Below, one piece after another: positions 1 through 10,950 of a stretch of DNA of 29,901 nucleotides (positions are counted from its first letter, which is position 1; every line of letters starts with the position of its first letter). The position numbers and the translations under genes are program-made. Below the pieces are notes generated by a model. It had not been told where the DNA came from and searched no databases. It saw only the letters and a list, made by a program, of their open reading frames with translations. The stretch covers positions 1 to 29,901 of the forward strand of contig NW_021832885.1 of the NCBI RefSeq assembly GCF_006345805.1, written 5' to 3'. This DNA comes from Octopus sinensis. Taxonomy: Eukaryota.

Positions 1-620
1 CTTTTCTTCACTTTGCGGTCTCTCTCCATCCACTTTTACCTGCCATTTCGCTCTTTCTTTCTTCTCTCCCAGTTTCTCCTTCCTTTCCACTTCTTTTCAC
101 CTATTTTTTTTCTTTCTCCCCCTCCCCTCCCCCTCTCACTTTCATGACTCTTCTATCATTATTCTCTATATTTCTCATTATCTCTTACCTAGCTTCACTT
201 CTCTCTCTCTCTCCCTCCTCCTCTTCCAGCCACCCTTTTGTCTCACTAAGACACTTCTTTCTTTCGTCTTTTCCTTCTAAGTTTTTCCCTCCTCCGGTCT
301 AACACTCACTCCCCTCCTTTTCCCTGCATTTCTCTGTTTTTCTTCACCTTCTCTCTCCCTCCTTCTTTTACACTTTCCTTCTCTTCAACACGTTTCTCCT
401 TCTCCCCTTCTTTTTCAAATGCGCTCACATTTTATTTATATCTCCCTTTCTTTTCTCACTTTCACTCAATTTTCATCTATTTTTCTTTCTAGCCCCTCCT
501 TTCCACTTCCCCCTCTCTTCGTCATTTCATTTCATTCCCCAAATCAATTCCCTTCCCACCCCTACTGCTCTTCCTTCCTTCTCTCTCCAGTTCTCAATCC
601 AATCTACATCCTCTATGCAT
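1..620. repeat. Pyrimidine-rich (C/T) low-complexity tract
   Basis: The + strand is dominated by C and T for ~600 bp, with short TC, TTC and TCC runs. Confidence 0.85.
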
Positions 621-702
621 AGGCATGTGCATTTATGTGTATTATTTATATAGTGTGTACATATTATGCATACAAATACACATACATGCACAATGTGTAT
701 GT

Positions 703-930
703 GTATGCCGTGTGGTTAAGAAGCTTGCATTGCAACCACATGATTTCAGGATCAGTTCCACGACACCTTGGACAAGTGTCTTCTATCTTAACCCCGGACT
801 TCCCAATATCTTAAGTGAATTTGGTAGATAGAAACTATGTGGAAACTCGTCGTGTGTGTGCCTGTGTGTGCGTGCGCGCATATGGGTGAGGGTGGGTATA
901 GGTGGGTGTGGCCGTGTTATGTGTGTGTGT

Positions 931-968
<38 letters not shown>

Positions 969-1168
969 TTTCTGGTTGTACTTGACCACATCACTACTAC
1001 TACAGCATGACAAACCGTGTTGGTTTCTTTACGTCCTTTAGAGGTTCGGATAAAGGCACTGACTTTTAAAAATAAGTATTGGTGTCGATTATTTCGACTA
1101 AACCGTTCAAGGCGGTGCCTCAGCATGGCCGCAGTCCAACGACTGAAATAAGTAAAAGATAAAAGATA
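703..1168 (+). mobile_element. Family A tRNA-derived SINE, diverged near-full-length copy with internal (TG)n
   Basis: Head GTGTGGTTAAGAAGCTTGC...CACCTTGGACAAGTGTCTTCTA and tail TTCAAGGCGGTGCCTCAGCATGGCCGCAGTC...AAGTAAAAGATAAAAGATA match the copies at 9675-10061 (-) and 21701-21963 (+). Confidence 0.85.
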
Positions 1169-1540
1169 TAACGAGTATAAGCTTTATATATATATATATA
1201 TATACAATTCATACACACATACATACATGCATGTGTATGAGTGTATGGTGAGAGGGTAGATTTTTAAAACAATAAGCAAAAGAAAAATGTTAAATACGTC
1301 TAATTAAAAAAATGGTTACAAAAACCACCCAAACAAACCACGTGACATATTTCGCAAGGATCATGCCGTCAACCTAGTTTTTCGTCCCAGAGAACAATCA
1401 TTTCTTTGTTCTTAAAAGTACGCCTGACTCCGTTATGGCGCTATTTGGAACTATGTAGCTCTGCTTGGTTGTAGATTTAGAAAGCTAGCCTACTGTCTGC
1501 AGGTTGCCTATCATAGGTCAGGCAGTATGTATAGTATGTA

Positions 1541-1746
1541 TTGTATAATATGTATGTATGTAGTATGTATGTATGTATGTATGTATGTATGTATGTATGT
1601 ATGTATGTATGTGTGTGTGTGTGTGTATGTATGTGTGTGTGTGTGTGTGTGATGCGTATATATGTGTGTCTGTATATATGTGTATATATAAATATATATG
1701 TATATAAATATATATCTATACGTATCTGACTTATATATGATATATA

Positions 1747-1801
<55 letters not shown>

Positions 1802-1815
1802 TATATATATATATA
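1541..1815. repeat. Compound microsatellite (TATG)n/(TG)n/(TA)n
   Basis: Directly visible tandem repeats. Confidence 0.95.
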
Positions 1816-2153
1816 TGCATGTAGGTGAGTATATGTCATGCCATGCAGAATAGACGTGTACATTTGTACAGCAACGACAGTATGCTTGCTTATGTGTAAG
1901 ATGGGGGTTGTGTGTGTGCGCGTTTGTGCGAGCATGTGTGCGTGCGTGTAAACAACGCTATACTAGGCGAATAAGCCCCATTTGTCTACAAATTAACAGA
2001 GATAGAAGAAATAGCAGAAGTTTTACATGTCTGTGTTGAAAGAAGAGTAATAACAGTGTTGAAGTAGATATAAAGAGAAGGAGGGGGTGGTGGGTAAAGA
2101 GAAAAAGAAAAAGTTCTAGATGTAAACGAGCGCACACACACAACCAAACATGT

Positions 2154-2193
<40 letters not shown>

Positions 2194-2300
2194 TTATACA
2201 TAAATGGAATAGAGATAAATAGGATGAAATGAAAGCAAGAAATGGGTGTCGAGGAATTCAAATAGCAAATTAGATAAAATACACACGTACGCACACTGTT

Positions 2301-2752
<452 letters not shown>

Positions 2753-3502
2753 TACATGCATACATAAATATACAAACACACACATACGCACAAACACACA
2801 TATATACACATACACGCATATACATAAAAGCATACATGTATACATGCGTACATACACTCATACACTATGCACACAACATACAGATGCTCGCACACAAATT
2901 CACTAGCATACGCGCATTACACAAAATTAATCATTTTTCATTTTACGAAATTCTTTCTTATATGAGTCCTCTTATTGCCCCGCCTCTGTCTAGCCATAAT
3001 GAAAGAGCCAGTGATGTTACATAGGATTGGGAAATATAACATAAATGAATAAGATAAAAGTCACTCAGGGTTGCCTTCAGCACAAAAAGTGCAACGTCAG
3101 AAGTAGTAAGATAGTTTAATAAGTTAAAATTACTCCTTTAATAAAGAAAAATCATTAGGTTTCTCATTAATTGTGATTAAAAATAAAAACAGAAGAGTAA
3201 ACTCCCAGAGTTTAAATCAGATAAGACTAATTAAACATTAAATAAGGTTCCGGAGTTAGGAGCACGTGTAACCTTTTGCATAAAAGATAGCATCTCCGGA
3301 CATGTTTCAGTTTTATTAAACCTTCTCCGTTGATTATAGTCTTACCAGTACTTGCTTGACTTAGATAATTGATAAAATAAAGATTTTGATTGGGTGAGAC
3401 AAATTGCTGGGATAATATTACCTTGAGACGGCTTCGACCCATGAAAGAGGTGGTTAGGCGGATCCTAACACAATATAATAAACCAAACGATTATATATGT
3501 AT

Positions 3503-3658
3503 ATATTTTTTCTCTCCTTGTTTTTTTCTGTGTCCCTTTCCGTAGAAGAGCGTAGGCTCGAAACGTAAAAGACTTTCTCTATTCCTGAGCGTTATACTAA
3601 TACATCTGTTTGTTTTGTACACCTGTCTTCGTCTTTTGGGTTTTTTCGTAAACTCTCC

Positions 3659-3660
<2 letters not shown>
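3503..3660 (+). mobile_element. Probable Penelope-like element terminal-repeat fragment with a degenerate hammerhead motif
   Basis: CCGTAGA-A-GAGC-GTAG-GCTC-GAAA-CGTA arrangement at 3540-3567 with flanking CTTT/AAAG pairing, bounded by (TA)n. The PLE assignment is inferred from known PLE pLTR hammerhead motifs. Confidence 0.5.
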
Positions 3661-3712
<52 letters not shown>

Positions 3713-4325
3713 GTGTGTGTGTATGTATGTATGTATGTATATGTATATGTATATATACATACATACGCACACACATACACACACCACACACACATATACA
3801 CACGTGCCTTTAGAATTGCCGATAAACAAAAAAAAAGAAAATAAGCAGATAGTAACAAAAGAAGATACACTTTGAAGTATACATACATACAAACATACAT
3901 GTGTGTGCGCGCGTGTGTGGATACTAGCAGTACATATGGAACTCTACGGTTATTTATAAACCGTAAAATGGTTGGCAGTTTATAAGGAACCATGAAATAT
4001 GTAATTTCTCTTGAAATTGTATTTTGCTTAAAGCACTTGATTCTTTAGATTGCTTCAAATTCCACACATGTAGTATTAAATGCGCAAACTTAAGAAACAA
4101 TTCTGGATGCAGTTGCTTTGTTATATTGTCAGATCCTGTATGGAAGAAGTCGAAGACATTATCTACTATATTGGTCTACAAGTGAACAACACATAGATAG
4201 CGTTTTAATGCTGTTTTGTGTTCTTGTTTTCACATCAGAGTAAAGTTCAAATATCTGGATTTGAACCCAAAGCAGTTGTCCACTGAATTGTAGATGCTCA
4301 AAAAATGTATCTGTAACATACACAC

Positions 4326-4985
4326 AAGCATGGTTGTATGGTTAACATGTTCACAGCGTAAACATTTGGATTTGGGCTCAGACTTAAATCGTAACACTTA
4401 GGGCGAGAGTCTTCTATTATAGTCTCGAGTTAAATAGAGCCTTCAGTGACACTTCGTAGACCAGTGGTTTTCAACGAGGGTTCCTCGGAACCTTAAGGTT
4501 CCGCCAGTACAGTCCAGGGGTTCCGCAAGTAGTTACAAAACTGCTAAAATCGGCAGTAATTTTTAATTCTCCTGTGCAGATATGTGTGCATAAGACTATT
4601 AAATTATTGCACAGGGGTTCTTCGAGCCAGTGGAATGCTTCCTTGGGGTTCTGCTCCAGCAAAAGTTTGAAAAGCACTGTCGTAGACCAAAACAGCATAG
4701 AAGCCCGTCGTGCGTGCGCGCGTGTATGCCTGTATATGTGTGCGTGTGTTTATGTGTATATATGTGCGTGTATGCTTATATCTGTGTGTGTGTGCATGGT
4801 GCATAAGAGTGTATGTATGTTTATGCCGTTTAAAAACTAGAGATGTTTTTGATCTAATGTACATAAATTCATATTGATAAAATAAGCACCAAACTTTAGA
4901 ATAATTACTGGAATCAATATATCCCACTAAAACCTTGAAGATGGTGCCCCATCATTGCCGCAATGTAATAATAAACGATAAAAAA
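4326..4985 (+). mobile_element. Family A SINE, old diverged copy interrupted by a hAT MITE
   Basis: Diverged head at 4326-4453; it resumes after the MITE as CAAAACAGCATAGAAGCCCGTCG; diverged tail CTTGAAGATGGTGCCCCATCATTGCCGCA at ~4935-4963. Confidence 0.65.
4462..4679. mobile_element. Non-autonomous hAT (Charlie/Buster-like) MITE, 218 bp
   Basis: TIRs CAGTGGTTTTCAA / TTGAAAAGCACTG (13 bp, 1 mismatch); perfect 8-bp TSD TCGTAGAC at 4454-4461 and 4680-4687 with central TA; repeated subterminal GGGTTC motifs. Confidence 0.92.
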
Positions 4986-5035
4986 ACTAAAATAAAATGC
5001 TTGACACGATTGCATCTCCCATTACTCCATAAGTT

Positions 5036-5066
<31 letters not shown>

Positions 5067-5084
5067 TACACACACATTCAATGC

Positions 5085-6005
5085 ATCTCAGCTTCAATAC
5101 GCAGATACCATCACTAGTCTGTGCCGTGCACACCTGGTATTCTGGAAGTCAGTCAGCATATGGTCGTTTCGTTACTACGGTGAATATCAAGAAAAGCCTA
5201 AGATGCTCCCAAGACCAGCATCCCTGATTTCAATAGCATCATTTCTGAAACATATCTTGAATAAGTTGATCTTTTTCCCTATCTTGGAAATCAGCATTTC
5301 TACAAATGTACTTTCGAGAAGAATGTAGAACACAGAATTAGATCAGCCCACTCGGTAATTGGAAAACTGGCAAGATCCCCCACGTGATAATAGTTGTTTG
5401 TCAAGCTGTCGTTATTTCAACATTATTATACGGTTGTGAAGCAGGGTCACTTTAATGTTGAGACATCAAAAAACTGAAATATTCCCATCAATAAAAGTTC
5501 CTTGCCTTCTAAAGCATCAAATGAGATGACTACATAACCGACAATTTCTTCTAGAAAAGGCCAACAGTCGAAGCAGCGAATCAATCATGATCAAACTCCA
5601 GCTACGATGATTAAGACATGGTATTTGAATAAGAGATATCTTCATCAAATTCTCTGAATGCAATGATTCTAGGATACCCATTCCGCCGTGACAAAGACCA
5701 CCTAAAGCCAACCATCAAAATGGACGGAATTTAAACGAAAACGCAGAAAACTGAAGCGCAGAACCGCTTCAATTGGCATCATTTTGTTACCATTTGAACA
5801 GACATTTTTAAGTCAAAAGAAACGTTCAAGAAAATGTAAAGAGCGCAAGAGGTAACAACAGACATGCCTTCTACTTCTTCCTCGCCATCTTTATTCCCAC
5901 CTGCTTCACCAAGTATTGGCTTTCTCCGTCATTAACCTCACCAACAAGGATGAGCAACTAAGTCATGAGCAATGGAAACTTTCGAACACGAGAAACAACC
6001 ACCTT
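5085..6005 (+). pseudogene. Decayed RTE-clade non-LTR retrotransposon, RT C-terminus and 3' end
   Basis: Motifs read across stops and frameshifts: LQYAD (5092-5106), VNIKK (5180-5194), VDLFPYLG (5265-5288), RIRSA, AVVISTLLYGCE (5405-5440), KLQLR*LRHG, KDHLK, and SIGFLRH resembling the C-terminal zinc-finger remnant. These are typical of RTE/BovB-like ORFs. Confidence 0.88.
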
Positions 6006-6024
6006 GACAATGCATGTGTGTATG

Positions 6025-6089
<65 letters not shown>

Positions 6090-6322
6090 TATATAATATA
6101 TATATATATCTATATATATCGTACAACACAGTATTTCTTAATAAATTTAGACTAATGTAATGGAAGGCAGGAATTCAGTATGCATAGAGCTTTTAGTCTC
6201 ACTGTGAATTGTATTAAAACCGAAGGTTTATTTCTCAGTAGGTATAAAAATGAAATCAAGCTGACTAGTCTCTACTTTTCTTAGACTTCGGCAGAGAAAA
6301 CATAATCGCCTTCTGCTCATGA

Positions 6323-6384
<62 letters not shown>

Positions 6385-6684
6385 GCAAATGTGTCTATGT
6401 ATATATGTTTGTATGTATAGATTGTTTGAGGTAGTGTAAAGATTGTATATGCTAAGAAAAATGAGGTAGTCAGGATTTGGATAAAAAGTATTTATCTAAA
6501 TAGATCTTACCCAAAGCCTGATTACAACCTTAAACCATTCACATCGATTCAAGTTTTTCTGCCTTCAGAGTGATAAAACCAGTTTGTTTATTTTCAAAAG
6601 GAAGCTTGAGTTGAATGTTTATTATACATTACATACTACAATTAAAATTATCCTCTGTGTGGTAATGATGTCTACCTTTTTTTA

Positions 6685-7020
6685 TATGTTTCAATCATTG
6701 GAGTGCGACTACGCTGGAGCACAGGCTTCAAGGGTTTAGTCGAAGTAATTGATCCTAGTATATATATTTTTTAGTTTGGTACATTTTCTATTGGTCTCTT
6801 TTCCTGAAATGCTACGGGGGCGTAAACAAACTAACACCGGCTGTCGAGCAGTTGGTGGAGACAAAAATATAAAGACGACACACTAACATCAAATCCACTC
6901 ACAGGGCATTAAGTCCGCCTGGGGCTATAGTAGAAGTTTCTTTTCCAAGGTGCGCACAGTGCGCTAAACCCAAAACCAGTGGTTGATAAGCAAGATTCTT
7001 AACCACACAGCCAAGCCTAC
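6685..7020 (-). mobile_element. Family A SINE, diverged, internal microsatellite region largely deleted
   Basis: Reverse-complement matches to the tail (TGTTTCAATCATT...GGAGCACAGGCTTCAAGGG) and the head (CCAAATCCACTCAC-like AAATCCACTCAC...TTAACCACACAGCCA). Confidence 0.8.
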
Positions 7021-7077
7021 AGCAATATATCTGTATATATGCAAGTATGTATGTATGTATGTATGTATGTATGTATG

Positions 7078-7164
<87 letters not shown>

Positions 7165-7168
7165 TATA

Positions 7169-7500
7169 CAGGGCGCGATGGGCAAATTGTTGCCCTTTAT
7201 ACTTTTTATTTCGAGCGTGCGCATTCTTTGTTTTAGATTTTGTCGATTACACAGTATAGTAGGGTCAGTTGGGCACCGTCTGTGAGAAAAACCGTACCAT
7301 GACGCAATTCACTCTGCTAGAAATTTGGAAATGACATGCTGTACTGCTTGGCATTCGCACCGTGGGCGCCACTACGAACGTTTCAGTGTTTGGATGCTAA
7401 TTTGCAGGAGATTCCGAAGTCATCTGGAGGCCGTGGTTGAAGACAATGGCGATTTTATGGAGTAAATTTACTCTTTAGCATTTCAAGAAATTTTTATCTA
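7169..7500 (+). mobile_element. Internally deleted Tc1/mariner-superfamily element (probably maT/DD37D-type), right TIR not found
   Basis: TA followed by CAGGG terminus at 7167-7173; ATG at 7299 gives [19 protein letters not shown]; 7403-7465 encodes CRRFRSHLEAVVEDNGDFME*, matching the Tc1/mariner C-terminal consensus. The family label is from memory. Confidence 0.75.
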
Positions 7501-7640
7501 TTAGCATGAGATGTCAGTGTTAGTTTTATTTCTGCGTAAAAACCCACACGTTCTGTTTTTAACAGGGCTTTTGGCTTTTATTATAACATCATCTCTTAGC
7601 AGACCGAATGCTATTCTTCTTGTTCAGTCCCTATCACATG

Positions 7641-7683
<43 letters not shown>

Positions 7684-7967
7684 TATATATATACATACAT
7701 TTAGTACCGGCAATTGCTAGAAATAAGAGTCAAAAGGACTTGAAAAGCCTCACCATAGAAAGGTGGTTTGGCTCGCTCCCTCGCTTTTCGTCAATTCATG
7801 AGGTTAGTGCTTTGTGTGGCTTTTTAATTGCTAACGGGCCACATATATTTTAATATATTCAATATATCATAATATTCATTGTGTATATATATTATATATA
7901 TATGTACTTGATGGAGAGAGCAGGACTTATGGTAATGTCTGTGAGTGACTGTTCACTGGTCGCATAC

Positions 7968-8033
7968 TCAAGACTTTTGCACATTCCATCTGTAATTTTT
8001 GAACATTACGATTATTACATAAATCTGAAGTCC
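7968..8033 (-). CDS. Candidate internal exon, 66 nt, phase 1-1, unknown product
   Basis: Acceptor CTGTTTCAG, donor GTATGC; open as (R)TSDLCNNRNVQKLQMECAKVL; phase-compatible with 8361-8467. Confidence 0.25.
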   Translation of the reverse strand, partial: GLQIYVIIVMFKNYRWNVQKS

Positions 8034-8360
8034 CTGAAACAGCTGACGGGTGAAGAAATTATATATTCTCTTCATAGAATTCTTTATTTTTTATGCTCTA
8101 TGTAAATATATTCGTATATATGTACATTTATATATGTAGATATATGTGTCTGCGCACACAGTGGAAGTACAGCTGTTCGTTTTTTTGAAACGTGTATCAG
8201 TATTGAATCTGTGCTCGAAATTCAATTCAGTAGTGACCCAGGCCGTCTACTTACCGACTTAGGAGTATGTATAGACCGTAGTGTGAGAACAATTTGAATA
8301 CAGCACTGGGAAAATTGATAATTATTATGCCCATTAGCAGTGCTCAAGTTCAATACTTAC

Positions 8361-8467
8361 TTTCGGGTAGATTTGGGGGATTTTCTTTATTTCCTTCTCT
8401 AAAGTCGACAAATCTCAAATACATTTCATGAAGATAGTTCAAGTTGTACATCTTTTCCGACCACATT
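8361..8467 (-). CDS. Candidate internal exon, 107 nt, unknown product
   Basis: Acceptor CCCTTTAACTCAG, consensus donor GTAAGT; only one frame is open: MWSEKMYNLNYLHEMYLRFVDFREGNKENPPNLPE. No homolog recognised. Confidence 0.35.
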
Positions 8468-8916
8468 CTGAGTTAAAGGGTTTTAGCAGTTCGAGGCATT
8501 TTGATCAGGCATAAAAATATATTATGAAATCGCGCTTAACTATCATATATATGTGTCGGTGCGGTTATTGGCCGTGGTGCTAGGTGATTAAACCCTGTTA
8601 GTTTGAAAGAAAAAAAATGTAGAAAATGAAAATAATGACTAATTCTTTGAAAACACGTAATGTAAGTTAATAACATTCGGCCGAGATGTCTACTATAGAT
8701 AATACTATAATGATATCTACCGATAAATATCATATCATAGTTATAAGGATATCTAAATGATATCTACAAAACATAAAATGAAATGAAATATAAAAACCAA
8801 TTCTACTGTATCTGATAAAACAGAAGGTAATTTAAAAACAAGAAGCAAAGGAACAACAAAATTAGATGAAAACGAAATAATCTTAAACCAATGAAGATAT
8901 GTTTGTCGCCGTAACT

Positions 8917-8942
8917 TGATGATGATGATGGTGGTGGTGGTG

Positions 8943-8978
<36 letters not shown>

Positions 8979-9008
8979 ATCGTCGTCGTCGTCGTCGTCA
9001 TCATCATC
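8917..9008. repeat. Compound trinucleotide repeat (GAT)(GGT)(GTC/ATC)n
   Basis: Directly visible. Confidence 0.9.
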
Positions 9009-9169
9009 AATATTGACGTCACCGTTATTATAGCTGTCGTCGTTGTCCTTTCTGTTATTGACATATAACAAAGTGAAATATATATATATATATATAGTTG
9101 TAGTTGTGAAACATTACTTATTGTTTAAGGGCAACAAGTAACAACTACCTCGTTACTCCTATTTATAGA

Positions 9170-9640
9170 AATGATAGGGAGTAAGAGGTGATGGTGCTGA
9201 TTCCGATGACACTGTGGTACGATTGTTATGGTATCGCAATGTTGCTCTTTGCCGTAATGGGAATCGTGGTACTGATGTAGCTTTATTGCGGTAAATCTGG
9301 TGATATTCTCACGGTGATTGTTGTAGTGCTCTGATGTGGTGTCGAAGTTAGTTGAGGTGGTGGTGCAGTGTCAGTGCGGTGGTGCTGTGAATACATTGTG
9401 GTACCGGTGTGACTGTTGTAACAGACGTTGTAGTTAGTGTCGTCATGACATCATAATGATGCGGCTGTACTAAGGTACTGGTGGTAGTCGAGGTAGTGAC
9501 TGAAGTGGTGTTGAGTCAATACTGTAGTAGTGGTATTGTAACTATATTGCGTTATTGTATCTATATTCTTTTTGATAACAAATATGTCGCTATCAATGGA
9601 TGGCAATAATGAGATTGATGTTGTATAATGTACGAAGATA
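9170..9640. repeat. Cryptically simple G/T-rich triplet sequence
   Basis: Degenerate GTG/GTT/GTA/TGA triplets with no recognisable ORF. Confidence 0.7.
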
Positions 9641-9674
9641 TTAGAACCTATAATGTCAGACTTTCTTTTTTTAT

Positions 9675-10061
9675 ATTCTTTTGCTTGTTTCAGTCATTTG
9701 ACTGCGGCCATGCTGAAGCACCGCCTTTAGTCGAGCAAACCGACCCCAGGACTTATTCTTTGTAAGCCCAGTACTTATTCTATCGGTCTCTTTTGCCGAA
9801 CCGCTAAGTGACGAGGACGTAAACACACCCGCATCGGTTGTCAAGCAATGCTAGGGGAACAAACACACACACATACACACATATATATGCATATATACGA
9901 CAGGCTTCTTTCAGTTTCCGTCTACCAAATCCACTCACAAGGCTTTGGTCGGCCCGGGGCTATAGCAGAAGACACTTGCCCAAGATGCCACGTAGTGGGA
10001 CTGAACCCGGAACCATGTGGTTGGTTAGCAAGCTACTTACTACACAGCCACTCCTGCGCCT
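9675..10061 (-). mobile_element. Family A tRNA-derived SINE, full-length, well-conserved copy
   Basis: On the - strand it starts AGGCGCAGGAGTGGCTGTGTAGTAAGTAGC, has the box-B-like GGTTCAGTCCC, a short internal TA/TG microsatellite and the complete tail. It is similar from memory to octopus OK/OR-type SINEs; I cannot assign the exact name. Confidence 0.92.
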
Positions 10062-10336
10062 ATGTGTTTTAGATTTTTATTTTCTACAACGTAAATTGTA
10101 AATTATCAAGAGATTCTAATAGAAATTGTGAAGCTAAATCGTTTTCTCTGTGGTTGATGCTCTTGTTGCTACTAAGATTGTCTTTGTTGCTGTAACCGGG
10201 ACCCAACTAAAACTGGGTCTAGTTTAGCCAAGTTTCACAATAGAACTATATGTACATTATGTTTGTATTTGCTTATGAATACACAAACGCATACACACAT
10301 ACGCGCATGAACAACCACTCATACATGCACACGTGT

Positions 10337-10384
<48 letters not shown>

Positions 10385-10684
10385 AGTACGCACACACACG
10401 TGTGTGTATGAACGCGCGCGTGTAAGCTAATGGTCGTCTGATTTGAATGAAATGAATCTAACCTAAATTGAACAATGTCACAAGAAAATATACAGTGTCA
10501 TATATCTGGAGCGAATAATAGGTATCCGGTGAGAGATGGTGAGAGACAGATATGCATGTATGTATGTATGTATGTATGTATGTATGCATGTTTATATACT
10601 TATACACACATAACCATATATAACAAGTATATTTATTACAGCATTCTTACAGATGCATACGCGCTCACACGAATTCTCTAGGGG

Positions 10685-10689
<5 letters not shown>

Positions 10690-10715
<26 letters not shown>

Positions 10716-10831
10716 ACGTGTTCAATAGATACACATATAAACATACATATATATATACATATATATATATGTATAATATACGCACACACACATACATATA
10801 TATACATTCATATATATATACATATATATAT

Positions 10832-10887
<56 letters not shown>

Positions 10888-10950
10888 ATATATATATAAT
10901 ATATATATATATATATTATATATATATATATATATATACATATACGCGCG
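10690..10950. repeat. Compound (TG)n/(TA)n microsatellite
   Basis: Directly visible. Confidence 0.95.

Noticed and set aside
1391-1417. Plus-strand 27-nt exon-like unit (TTTTTCGTCCCAG ... GTACGC); similar unit at 23001-23051
   Set aside because: Isolated, with moderate donors and no supporting homology; such motifs are expected by chance.
9990-10061. tRNA-like sequence with A/B boxes (also in other SINE heads)
   Set aside because: It is continuous with the SINE body and shows no complete cloverleaf, so it is not called as a tRNA gene.
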